A stretch of DNA of 64,000 bases. Origin: Octopus vulgaris (Eukaryota). Position numbers and translations under genes: made by a program. The notes beneath the pieces are model-generated. The model was not told the DNA's origin. It searched no databases and saw only the letters and a program-made list of their open reading frames with translations. This document shows, one piece after another, positions 40,372 to 53,870 of the stretch. How positions within the stretch are numbered: position 1 is the stretch's first letter; each line of letters starts with the position of its first letter. Where the stretch lies: assembly GCA_951406725.2 (NCBI GenBank), contig OX597819.1, positions 67,208,001 through 67,272,000 on the forward strand, read 5' to 3'.

Positions 40372-40409
40372 TCTTTCTGTTGAAGAGCGTAGGCTCGAAA
40401 CGTTAAAGA
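40372..40409 (+). ncRNA. Minimal hammerhead-like motif with a CUGUUGA (A6U) core, second copy
   Basis: Identical to 35887-35924. Confidence 0.7.
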
Positions 40410-40506
40410 CTTGTTTTATTTATATTTCCTGAGCGCCATACTAATACAATTGTTCGTTTGTTTTCCACCTGCCTTCGTCTTTTGTTTATTTTCATAAAGC
40501 TTCCCG

Positions 40507-40549
<43 letters not shown>

Positions 40550-40990
40550 AGAAAAATTACCAAAATGTATAAGTAGTGAATGAGTAAAGCACCGGCACAG
40601 TTTATGCGTCTATGTGCCTGAGTGTAAGAGAGAAAAAAGACAACAAAATCCAAAGCAGGACAAGTATCTCAAGTAATTTAGGATATTTAATTAGGGTAAA
40701 GTGAATTCGAAGTCTTACAGCTGTTTCAGAGATATTCCAAGAGTTAGGCTTGCATGATCGTACACTAGGTTTTCCATCATGAGCGACAAGTTGAGTATGT
40801 GGGTGAGATAGGTGTGGGAAAGAATGAATGAGTGCTAAAGTAAAATAAATAACAAAAAAATTTTTAATGAAAATAATGTGTCAGTATTATTCATCGTAAG
40901 GGTCAGTTAAGGGTGAGAGGTCAGATGTTATGATTTTTGGTGAAGTGGAGGAGGAAGGCATTTATGTCTATTAATTAAATACATCACTAG
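40550..40990 (-). mobile_element. Probable old PLE 3' terminus with a degenerate hammerhead
   Basis: The reverse complement of 40712-40787 reads gtcg-CTCATGA-..-GAA-ACAGCTGT-A-agac (palindromic stem III, GUA triplet). Bounded by (TA)n. Boundaries are approximate. Confidence 0.5.
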
Positions 40991-41089
40991 TAAACTAAAC
41001 TCATCATATTCTCCATATATATTCATATATATATATATATATCTATATATATACAGACATGAATATGTATTCTGGCACACATATATATT

Positions 41090-41122
<33 letters not shown>

Positions 41123-41124
41123 TT

Positions 41125-42487
41125 ATAATAAATTAATAAATAAAATATATGCATATATACATATATATATGTACGTACCTACCTCTACATGTATATATAC
41201 ACGCATATATGGGTACAGGACACAAAAAAAACGTCGAACACAATGAGAAACGAAAACATAAACACAAAACCAAGGAACTCGACATTTTTCTTAAACAACG
41301 AAGAAATAGAGTACAGGACAAATAACACAAGGAAAATTCCCCTTCTTCAGTCGCCATGGCTTCATCTACTCTGCGTTTCGATGGTGAAGGCGATACGCAT
41401 CTTCGATAGAAACTTTCCTTCCTGCGAAAAGCAAATTAAATAAAATTTGAGATCCTTTTGCGGAGGGGTAAAAATGGTAACAAAAACAGGACAGTAACGA
41501 CAGTGCAAAATATAAACAGTAAAATACAGGACAAGGAGAATAACAAGACAAGAAGAGCTGTTAAGACGAACGAGAAAAAGTATTACGAACACTATTTTTG
41601 AGAACGGCGAAGGAGCAACAGAAAATGCCGTCCACACTTCAATGAAGTCAGGCCAGAAAAGCAATAGCAGAGCTCTCGTCGCGGGTCAACGACGGGAGGG
41701 AGGAGGAGGAGCAAGAGAAAGGGAGAGAGAAAAAGGAAATGGTTGTGAGGAAACCAGAAGAATGAAGAATGAGAGAGAGGGAGAGACAGTAAGGTAGAAG
41801 AAAAGGAAACCAGAAAGAATGAAGGCTGAGAAAGGGAGGGGACAGAAAGATCAAGTGCGCGCATCATTATTAATATCAAGAACAATCTAACTTAGAAATG
41901 GATGCGTGTATTCCGTCATATAATAATTTAATAAATAAAACACATGCATATATACATACATATATGTACTACCTACCTCTACATGTATCTATACATGCAT
42001 ATATGGGTACAGGACACCAAAAAAACGTGGAACACAATGAGAAACGAAAACATAAACACAAAACCAAGGAACTCGACATTTTTCTTAAACAACGAAAAAA
42101 TAGAGTACAGGACAAATAACACAAGGAAAATACCCCTTCTTCAGTCGCCATGGTTTCACCTACTCTGCGTTTCGAAGGTGAAGGCGATACGCATCTTCGC
42201 TAGAAACTTTCCTTCCTGCGAAAAGCAAATTAAATAAAATTTGAGTTCTTTTTGCGGAGGGGTAAAAATGGTAACAAAAACAGGACAGTAACGACAGTAC
42301 AAAATATAAACAGTAAAATACAGGACAAGGGGAATAACAAGACAAGAAGGGCTGTTAAGCCGAACGAGAAAAAGTATTACGAAAGGTATTTTTGAGAACG
42401 GCGAAGGAGCAACAGAAAATGCCGTCCACACTTGAAGGAAGTCAGGCCAGAAAGACAATAGCAGAGCTCACGTCGCGGGTCAACGAC
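41125..42487 (-). repeat. Tandem duplication of an approximately 565 bp non-coding unit (794 bp apart), probably PLE termini
   Basis: 41125-41693 and 41922-42487 align closely. A diverged relative lies at about 48960-49390 (shared caaattaaataa..ttgcggagg..aaacaggacagt). Confidence 0.8.
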
Positions 42488-42543
42488 AGACACGCATATG
42501 CATTCACGCACACATATAACCACACACACAAACACACACACAC

Positions 42544-42663
<120 letters not shown>

Positions 42664-43257
42664 TCTACACGGTATTCATCTACCAAACAGAACTGATCGG
42701 CTTGGAGGCATAGTAGAAGATATTTGTACCAAGGTTTCATGCTGTGAGACCAAATAGGAAACAATATGGTTAGCAAACTATCTTTTTACTACGCACACTT
42801 ATCTTCAGGCAATAATTAAATATTGAAAGATGGACACAAAAGTTTAATTTTCTAAGTTAATAATTCTGATATTTTTAGAGAAGGTAGCGTTATAGTTTCT
42901 TTAATGTGCCTGTATATATGTCATCTGACATTATCTTTTCCAAAGTAGTTTTATCAATTCACTTTTATCAATTACAGACAGACACATATAGACACTTTGT
43001 TATTCAACATCAACCTACGTTATTACGTTGTAATTCTCCAATATTTCCTCGCGCACCTACACAACATTAAACTTAGATACATATACCAATTCTACATATT
43101 TTGTTTTTCATATCAAATTTTAATATACAAGAAGACGGGGCTTATAAAATCAAGCCGAACGAATGTTCAGTTAAAATTATTATTAGTTTCATAGTTTACG
43201 TTGAAGTTCAAATTCTGCCGTACTCGATTTTGTTTTTCATTGTTTCACGGTGTAGTA

Positions 43258-43396
43258 CAGAGGTTTTCAAAGTGAGCGCTACCGTCCCCCGGTGGGCGTT
43301 GAGACGGTCCAGGTGGACGCTGGTGAGGCCCTGGGGAGGCGGTAGAGAAAAGGGATGTTTTGAGGAAGGAAGGCGATGGATTGGGCAACGCTATGA

Positions 43397-43473
<77 letters not shown>

Positions 43474-43636
43474 TGTATACAAGTTATATTATATTATGTT
43501 AAATATCAAATGATTCATAGTATATATAAATTAGTAAAATATAAAATATTTATTCATACTTAAAAATAGGGGTGATGCGCTGAAATTATTATGTGGCTAT
43601 GAGGGGTGGTGACCTAAAAAAGTTTGAGAACTTCTG
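43258..43636. mobile_element. hAT-type MITE
   Basis: Terminal inverted repeats cagaggttttcaaa / tttgagaacttctg. The flanking 8-mers gtgtagta and ggctagta (6 of 8 identical) fit a decayed 8 bp target-site duplication. Internal (TTA)n. Confidence 0.7.
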
Positions 43637-44522
43637 GGCTAGTACATTTGAAAACTATGATCGATATAATTGACTATCCCTCTCACTCAAATTGTCAGCA
43701 GTTGCGCCTATAGTAGAAAGAGAGGCCCAGAAATAGGGGTTATAACATTTGCGAGACATATAGTCCCTTAAATAGAGACTAGCTTACTCCTGATTCTCTA
43801 ATTAATGGACATCGCTACGGTTCTTTATGTTCAAATATAAAACTTTGCCTAGGTCTAGTTTATCATTCATCTTTTCGTAGTCGATAAATAAATATCATTT
43901 GGACATTGGTATCGATGTAATTGTCTTATTGTCTCTCTCTCCTAAACCCTCTGACCTTCTCTCAAACTTAGAAGTCATATTTTATGAACAACAGAATAAT
44001 TTGATCTCAAAAGTTGAACGATCGCACATATTATCCACCGATTTACCGATTTTGCAACTGATCAAAAAAATATGACAAAACAGAACTACAAAATTATAAG
44101 TAGTATGGCATCGTTTACGCGTTCAATAAAAGACTTAAGGTTTACACATAAACTTCAGAAAATGTGTAAGGATGGCAAAATTTATATAAATAACAGATAG
44201 ATCAGACAAAAAGATTATACAAAATATATATAACGTATATATAATGACATGATAAAAAATTTGATATACTTAAACGCACAAGATAGTAACTTGAGTATGA
44301 AGAGCACGCCAAAAACATAGACACACAAAATAAAAGTTATCCCAGCGTTTAGGACACAACATGTATGCAAGACGGAAATTTGAGAAGTTGTCGTGCTGAT
44401 GTAATAAAGTAGAATTCGTGAGTTTGAATAAGTTCAAATGCTGTTGCGAGGAAGACACGACAAATTTGACGATTAGTTACTTTCCTTTTGAAAGAGAGAA
44501 AGAAAATTACACTCACACACAC

Positions 44523-44555
<33 letters not shown>

Positions 44556-44605
44556 AACACACCTGCATACATTCTCACATATATATATATATGCGTATGT
44601 ATCTT

Positions 44606-44636
<31 letters not shown>

Positions 44637-44648
44637 ATATATATATAT

Positions 44649-44690
<42 letters not shown>

Positions 44691-44811
44691 GTTTATATAT
44701 ATGTATATATGCATATATAAATAGGTATATATATATATATATATATATAAACATATAGAATAGGTATATATACATATGCATATAACTTACACACACATAT
44801 ATATATATACA

Positions 44812-44858
<47 letters not shown>

Positions 44859-44878
44859 TTATATACATATTTATATAC

Positions 44879-44946
<68 letters not shown>

Positions 44947-44993
44947 GTACACGTGTATATTTTTCTCTTTCTCTCTCCCTCTCTATCTCTCAG

Positions 44994-45216
44994 AGAAAAG
45001 TACACGAAATTCAACGTATCGTTTTTGTCGACGAAGACCACCAACAGTTTCCGCGGTTCCGGTGTTCTAATAAAGAATTTATATACCTGGTTTACACTTA
45101 AGTTAGCAGGTTCGCTACATTGCATATCAATCAGCTTACTGAATTTAGTCACGAAACTTCCTACGATATATCCGCTTCTCTCATGTATCAGTTTTACTGC
45201 CGCCATGTCAAGCAAA
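44994..45216 (+). other. Candidate host-gene exon (223 nt), possibly containing the start codon (MSSK)
   Basis: Pyrimidine tract plus cag acceptor ending at 44993, donor aaa|gtaagt at 45217, and gccgccATG at 45205. It is an island of complex sequence between microsatellites with one frame open throughout. Confidence 0.5.
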
Positions 45217-45273
45217 GTAAGTTCATCAATCTCCCTTTCATTCTTTCTTTGTTTCTCCCCCCTCTCTCTCTCT

Positions 45274-45304
<31 letters not shown>

Positions 45305-45367
45305 GCTATCTATCTATCTGTGTGTGTGTCTGTATATATATATACATATATATATACAGACACACAC

Positions 45368-45406
<39 letters not shown>

Positions 45407-45530
45407 AAGAGAGAGAGATAGACAGTTATATACGTAGGTATATATATACGTGTGTGTGTGTGTGTATGTGGTGAATGTGTACATATATATGTATGTACGT
45501 GTGTCTATACATATGCATATATACATATAT

Positions 45531-45582
<52 letters not shown>

Positions 45583-45790
45583 CTTTGTAAATATAAATTA
45601 ATATAATTATGGATACATACTAACTGACACACTCGTACAGTCACCTACATATGTATTTCTTAATGTATATGCTTTCATAAATGTATACATACTCAAGCAC
45701 GCACGTATACGCACATACACTAATATAAACACACGTACACATATATATGCACACTATGGAAATTTTCTATATATATATATGTACGATGTA

Positions 45791-46168
45791 TCACTCTGCC
45801 GGTTACGACGACGAGGATTCCAGTTGATGCGATCCACCTGACAACCTGCCCGTGAAATTAACGTGCATTGGCTGAGCACTCCACGGAAACGGGTACCTTT
45901 AACGTAGTTGTTGGGGAGATTCAGCGTGACACAGAATGTGGCAAAAGCCGGCCCTTTGAAATACAGGTACAGCAGAAACAAGAAGAAAGAATGCGACAAA
46001 ACTGTGGCGAGAGAGTACATCAGAGTTTCGCCACCACCCTCTGCCGTAGCTTCGTGAAGCTTTAGGTGTTTTCGCTCAATAATCACTTACAACGCCCGGT
46101 GTTGGAATCGAAACCGAGATTCTATGAGCGCGTGTCTGCTGCACTTACCACTAGGCCATTGCACCTCC
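45791..46168 (-). mobile_element. SINE family S1
   Basis: Reverse complement aligns to 2252-2630. Confidence 0.85.
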
Positions 46169-46613
46169 ACATATGCATATATACATATAACTGTACAATA
46201 TATGATACACACATAGACATACATACACATCACAAACATAGATACAGTTGTTGAATAACATAAAAAATGATATTGCTTCTCATATTTTGTTTCGAGTTGT
46301 AAATCTGTAAATTTCTCAAATGCATCATTTAAAACAGTAAATTTTGTGTTGCTGCCGCCCAGTAGTATCCATGAGAAATATACTTGAACAAAAAGAACAA
46401 GAAAGTGAACCTTGAAATATAAAACCAGGTATAATTTAGCATCTAACTTGCTCACTGTCTCTGGTCATATTTGATTTTAGACACAATTTCTGAACGTGTT
46501 TATATTCAATTTTTGCGTTTTATTTACAGTTCGTCTATCAAGTTTTATGTTCTTTGTCAGCAGGGTGAGATATTTGTGTACATATGTTAGTATGGTGGTT
46601 TGTATAGTATAGT

Positions 46614-46989
46614 GGAGGCGCAATGGCCCAGTGGTTAGGGCAGCGGACTCGCGGTCATAGGATTGCGTTTTCGATTCCCAGACCGGTCATTGTGAGTGTT
46701 TATTGAGCGAAAACACCTAAAGCTCCACGAGGCTCCGGCAGGGGATGGTGGTGATCCCTGCTGTACTCTTTCACCACAACTTTCACTCTTACTTCCTGTT
46801 TCTGTTGTACCTGTATTTCAAAGGGCCGGCCTTGTCACTCTCTATGTCACGCTGAATATCCCTGAGAACTACGTTAAGGGTACACGTGTCTGTGGAGTGC
46901 TCAGCCACTTACACGTTAATTTCACGAGCAGGCTGTTCCGTTGATTCGGATCAACCGGAACCCTCGTCGTCGTAACCGACGGAGTGCTT
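46614..46989 (+). mobile_element. SINE family S1 (tRNA-Arg-like head)
   Basis: ggaggcgcaatggcccagtggttagggcagcggacTCGcggtc, with box B tttcgattccc. Confidence 0.88.
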
Positions 46990-47626
46990 CCAAAGTCCAA
47001 ACGTGGTTTGTTATATGTATTGGTTTCGTAAATTATCATCCGTCTCGGATTTGGTATTGTGCAATACTATGCACGTGTTGTTTGCTAATGTTTTCTATTT
47101 AGTTTTCGAGTTTTCTTTTCTGTCGCGCAATGTAATCGATGGAAATTATAACTCCTTATGCTTCCATGGTTACCTGTTGAGAAAGCAGGATTAGCTGATC
47201 AATTCCTCTATTTTCTTACGGAATTTCTGCATATAGAGGGTGTTATACATTTGTGTATTGGAGTGTGTGTGTGTGTGTGTGATTATATGTGTGAGTGTGT
47301 GTGAGTTAATGTGAGTGTGTTTGTATTTGTGTGCGTGTGTGCGTGCATGTGTGTGTATCAGTGTTTATGTGTGTGTGTTTGTGTGTGCGCGCGCGTGTGT
47401 GTGTGTGTGTGTGTGTGTGAGTGTGCGCGTTTTGATATTTCACCTAGGCAATGTGAGACCAATAACTCGATGTAAACGTATGTTTCTGAACGAAGAGTAG
47501 GGCGGTAATAAGAGATATAGGAGACAAAGAAACAAATGATTATCTTATTAACTTCATTAGCCTCCATCTGCTTCTGTTTTTCCAATGTCATTGTTGTTGT
47601 TGTTGTTGTTCTTCTTCTTCTTCTTG

Positions 47627-48420
<794 letters not shown>

Positions 48421-48429
48421 CGCTCTTCC

Positions 48430-48860
48430 TAAGATTCACCACTGGAAAATACGAAAACTAAAAGAAGCAGCACATATGCTAGGACACAGCAACCTCATAA
48501 TCTGACCGAGTCCAGATATAGACAGCTTATGGGAACCGGTATTAAGGAAAGATAGGAGAATATTAGATTTATAAGCCCTAAAAGCCACTAACATAATTGC
48601 CCACGGGCATATGGCGTAGTGGTTGAAAGCGCAGGCTACTAACCCCAAGATTCCGAGTTCGATACCAAGCAGTGACCTGAATAACATTAATAATAACAAT
48701 GAGAACCCAAGTTCGAAATTTCCTAAAGACACTTGATGAAGGCTGGAGGGTATATCAGCCGAAACTGTGTTAACAACAAACAAGATGAGGACAAATATCC
48801 GTCAAATGTAAATAATGTAAATAATGTACATAATTCCTCATCACTTATATATAGAACTGT
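48430..48860 (+). mobile_element. Inverted 3' end of the same PLE: GIY-YIG C-terminus, tRNA-like segment and hammerhead
   Basis: Translates as WKIRKLKEAAHM..LWEPVL. A tRNA-like segment lies at 48605-48677 and gacac-TTGATGA-a-ggctg..cagcc-GAAAC at 48728-48771. Confidence 0.8.
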
Positions 48861-50076
48861 ATTAACTTATGTACATACTTTCATCTATACGTATGTATAT
48901 ATGCATATGTTGGCACATGATGTCATGAAACGTGTACATCATAAAATACGAAGTACGAGTACATGGTATATGAATTTTTTTTTTCGAACGAAATACACAA
49001 ATTGAAAACAAAACAAGCAACGTAAAGAACGATCCTTCATCAGTTGTTGGCTGTTTCTTCTAGTCTCATATTTTGAGCATTTAACAACAATATACGCTTT
49101 CGATAAAACAGTTGCTCCCGCAAAGCAAATTAAATAATATGTGTGATCTTGCGGAGGCTCAAAATTTGTAGCACAAACAGGACAGTGAAAACAAACAGGA
49201 ATGGCTGCTAAGCCTAAACGAGGTTGTGGTGGCGAACGCGTAAATCAACTTGGACAGGGGACAGACAAGAACACGTCTTCCTTGTTTCAGCTACAACGGA
49301 GAGAAAGAAACACAAGTTAGGAGAAGGAAGATGGCCGATGGTTACGTGGGAGCCACGTGAGCAAGGGAAGACGAGTGGCGTCGACAAGTAGTTAGAAGGT
49401 TACTCGTACAATAGAAATAATAATACTATATCTTGGACGAGTCAACCGCATGCTATTCTTATGTTCACCTATAGTTTCAAAGGAGTTTTGAGAAAGTTAC
49501 GACTACGTAAAATAATAAAGTAATGACAAGTAAATTCAAAACTGAAAATAACATGCAACAATTATGATAGCACAATAACCGTTAGTTTGGTAAATAAATT
49601 ATAAATATAAACCTTGTAGGAATCAATAATTAAAATGACAAGCTTTATAGGAATTGCAGATAAACTGTTGAAAAGTAAGGCAAAGGGAAACCCGAACAAC
49701 ATTACTGCACCAAGAAGATGAGAGGTCTACAGATGAAAAACATTAATCATAAATGTGAGAGGTTAAAGTCGACCGAATCCAACAAATGGAAAATCATTGA
49801 TACAAAAGATAAAACGAGAAGTATCAGTTTTTGAAAGCAATGTGTGTAAAAAGAAAACGCATCCTTAGGAAACACACATACACGCACACACAGATACATA
49901 CAAAAACACGCACACACACTCATAAACACACACATAATCATACACACACAAAAGCGACCACACACGCAGATATTAATGTGTACATTCTTATTGATGCGAA
50001 CTAGCCAAATCTTACTATCTCCCTGTCTATCAATCGACATATATTTATAAATTATGTACACATACACACACACACA

Positions 50077-50120
<44 letters not shown>

Positions 50121-50260
50121 TATATATATGTATGTATTCGTGTGTATATATTTGTATATATACGTGTGTATATACATATTCATATACATGTGTGTGGGTA
50201 TATATGTGCGTGTGTATGTAGGTTTATTATATATATATATATATATATAGATACATACAT

Positions 50261-50320
<60 letters not shown>

Positions 50321-51159
50321 ACACATATATATATATGTATATATATATATTTATATTGAGGCAAATATATTCATGTATATACACACCTTTATATACAAGT
50401 GTACCTTCATAATTCATACATATAACGTATGTGTCATATCTTTGTGCCATACTATGATTATCTGAGCTCTGCGTGTCATCTATAACGGTTTATGCAAAAG
50501 GTGTGTGTGTGCCTACCTTTCATGTCGCTTTCTACGTCTCCATTCAAATAAACCCACACATAGGCACGCAACGTATTCTCTTTGGTCTACTGACCTGAGA
50601 CGTAAATCGGTGCAGCGTGGAGAGTACTTTTACCATTGATCTCCTGAATTAATCAAATTAGTTAATCACTGGAGAGACAGCGGGGTTGCTTAGGTAGAGA
50701 AAGATGAGAATGAGCGTGTGAGAGATATCGAGGAGTGTACGATAGGGGTGGGTAGGTTGCGGTGGAGAGGGGTGGGTGTTGATGAACAGATGATTAAAAG
50801 ATGTGGACGTGTGCAGTGGTTCGTTTGAGTTTTGGGACGCCAACGAAGAAATACAGCGACTGACGGGAAAAGTAAAACGCATATATGGATACTGATTTGC
50901 CGCAAAAGATAGATATTCGATAATGCATACCTATACACTTACAGACTGTATACACACACGCACACACACACATACAATTATTATGTATATATAAATATAT
51001 ATGTGTATACATATATATAGATATGTATATATATATAAATATTTATATATACACAACTATATTACATAGAAACTAACGCAGATGTGTGTGTCTGTGTGTG
51101 TATATATATATATATATATACATACATATATTTATATATGCATATATATATATATATGC

Positions 51160-51199
<40 letters not shown>

Positions 51200-51853
51200 C
51201 TGTGTGTATGTGCGTGCGAATATGTATATATGAGTGTATCAGTGTGTGTGTGTGTGTGTTTCTATGCGTGCGTGTGCGGGTGTATGGGACAGAGTGAAAG
51301 AGAGAGAGACCGAGTGAGAGCGAGGGGGAGAGACAGACAGACAGATAGAGAGTTTGTGTGTGTATGTATATGTCTATGTATATATACACACTCCGAAAAC
51401 AGTCTCTCGCACATATATGCATATACATCAATATATGAATTCTAACATGAAGGTAATATGTCGTCTCAGAAGCGATAATAGACGTAGCACAAGCGGAATT
51501 ATTCTCTGAAACAATAAATCTGCTTAATATAACATAACAGTCCACTACATATCCATTCATATAAAGTATATTGAACCGACTTGGGATTCCTATGAACGGA
51601 GTTCTGCGATTCAAGATACTTCATACTTGTACATTTGTATGTATGAACGCATGCACGATCGTATGTGTACATATATGAATACGTATTTTTAGGTTCATAT
51701 ATATACATTCACTCATGCGAACGAAATGTTGACAACAACAACTCTTTACCTTCACCGAGCGTCAAATTCTTGTGCACGTCCTCATGTTCATTGTTTTTTC
51801 TTTTGTGTGGCTTTTTTAATTGTTTGTTTATTTCACTTAACTACACACACACG

Positions 51854-51936
<83 letters not shown>

Positions 51937-52046
51937 GCATACATATACAAATACATACGTACATATATGTATATATGAATGTATGCATTACGGGGATGTA
52001 CTTGCATAACAAGTGATTTGATCTGAGATCGTGTGCTGAAACGAAA

Positions 52047-52320
52047 ACAATTACAGCGCGGAAGGTGTTTGTAAGCCATTTAAGAAACACACAAAAGCCG
52101 TTAGATTCACATTTAACATTTAATTTAGATTAACATTTAAGTTCAATTTGTCGAAATATTTTCGTCGCTTTAAGACCGCGAACTATTCACTGACAAAAAC
52201 AGGTCGCGGTTTTAAAGCGACGAAAATATTTTGACAAATTAAACTTAAATGTTGAAGTGACTCTAACGGCTTTTGTGTGTTTCTTAAATGGCTTACAAAC
52301 ACCTTCAAAGTTGCAATTGT
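52047..52320. repeat. Fold-back element (about 125 bp arms) with a G3-C8-type hammerhead motif
   Basis: gaaggtgtttgtaagccatttaagaaacacacaaaagccgttaga versus its reverse complement at 52263-52306. The inner ends carry the ribozyme-like motif. Confidence 0.88.
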
Positions 52321-52348
52321 ATGTATGTATACATATACATACATACAT

Positions 52349-52393
<45 letters not shown>

Positions 52394-52767
52394 ATTTTAT
52401 GCTTGTATTCTTTTATGCATTTCAACCCAAAGTTTGAGACCATGCTGAGGTATCGTTCGCTTAATCAGTCATCAGTTTTGTTTAAGTGCTTTCGTCGCGT
52501 TCGCCACATGCCTTCTTTACTCCCAGTCTGCTTTACGTCTGTCTGTGTTTCTCTCCGTGAATCCCTCTCCCTCGCCTCTTCCCCCCGATCTCTCTCTCTC
52601 TTTTTCTGTCTCTACTTTCTCTCTCTCTGCACATATATCTTTGGTGGGTGTGTGTGGGGGAGCATGGTAGACTGATACTAACAAAAGTGTTTTATACTGT
52701 CGTATATACATACATGCAAATACGCATTAGTTACATAAGGACAAGTTACATATAGTTGAGAATAATA

Positions 52768-53870
52768 ATCCTTTCTACTTTAGGCACAAGGCCTGAAATT
52801 TTGAACGAAATTACATTCGACTCCAGTACTCAACTGTTACTTAAATTATCGACCCCGAAAGGATGAAAAGCAAACACGGCCTCGGCGGAATTTGATCTGA
52901 GAACGTAGCGACGGGCAAATTACCGCTAAGGATTGTGTCCGGCGTCAAAAAATTTTGCCAGCTCGCCGCCTTAATGAGATATAGAATGGTTTCATATTTT
53001 GTCACAAGGGAAGCCATTTTAGAGGAGGAGATTTGTTGATTACATCGACCCCAATGTTCAGCTGGTACTTAGTTTATGGACCACGAAATTACGAAAGGCT
53101 AAGTCCATCATGGCAGAATTTCAACTCAGAACGTAGCAACGGGTGAATACCTATTTCTATTTCTTTACTACCCACAAGGAGCTAAACACAAAGAGGACAA
53201 ACAAGGACAGACAAACGGATTAAGTCGATTATATCGACTCCAGTGCGTAACTGGTACTTATTTAATCGACCCCGAAAGGATGAAAGTCAAAGTCGACCTC
53301 GGCGGAATTTGAACTCAGAACGTAACCGCAGACGAAATACTACTAAGCATTACGCCCGGCGTCCTAACGTTTCTACCAATTCGCCACCCTAATGAGATGG
53401 ATAATGACTTCAAATTGTGCCAGAAGGCAGTAATTTTGAGGAAGGTTATGTCTCAATTACATCGATCCTAGTGTTCATCTGGTACTTAACTGATGGACGT
53501 CGAAATTATGAAAGATAAAGTCCATCACGGCGGAATTTCAACTCAGAACGTAGCGACGGGCGAAATACCTATTTCTTTATTACCACAAGGGGCTAAACAT
53601 AGAGCGGACAAACAAGGACAGACATAGGTATTAAGTCGATTACATCGACCCCAGTGCGTAACTGGTACTTAATTTATCGACCCCGAAAGGATGAAAGGCA
53701 AAGTCGACCTCGGCGGAATTTGAACTCACAACGTAACGCAGACGAAATACCGCTAAGCATTTCGCCCGGCGTGCTAATGTTTCTGCCAGCTCGCCACCTT
53801 TTTCGCGACGGGCGAAATACCGCTAAGCTTTTCGTTCGGCATGCATACGATTGTGTCAGCTCGCGGGCGT
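52768..53870 (-). mobile_element. Array of five S4 SINE units plus a head fragment
   Basis: Repeated body at about 52830, 53060, 53250, 53478 and 53662. 52970-53390 and 53390-53800 look like a duplicated dimer. Confidence 0.9.

Larger units (their letters stand above)
36029..40510 (+). mobile_element. Full-length Penelope-like element, Neptune type
   Basis: One long ORF, a 3' UTR with a hammerhead-like motif, a partial-tandem arrangement and a (TA)n 3' flank. Confidence 0.95.

Noticed and set aside
44871-45215. Minus-strand 114 aa ORF ([12 protein letters not shown]...)
   Set aside because: No recognisable domain, and it runs into microsatellite. The plus-strand splice signals explain the island better.
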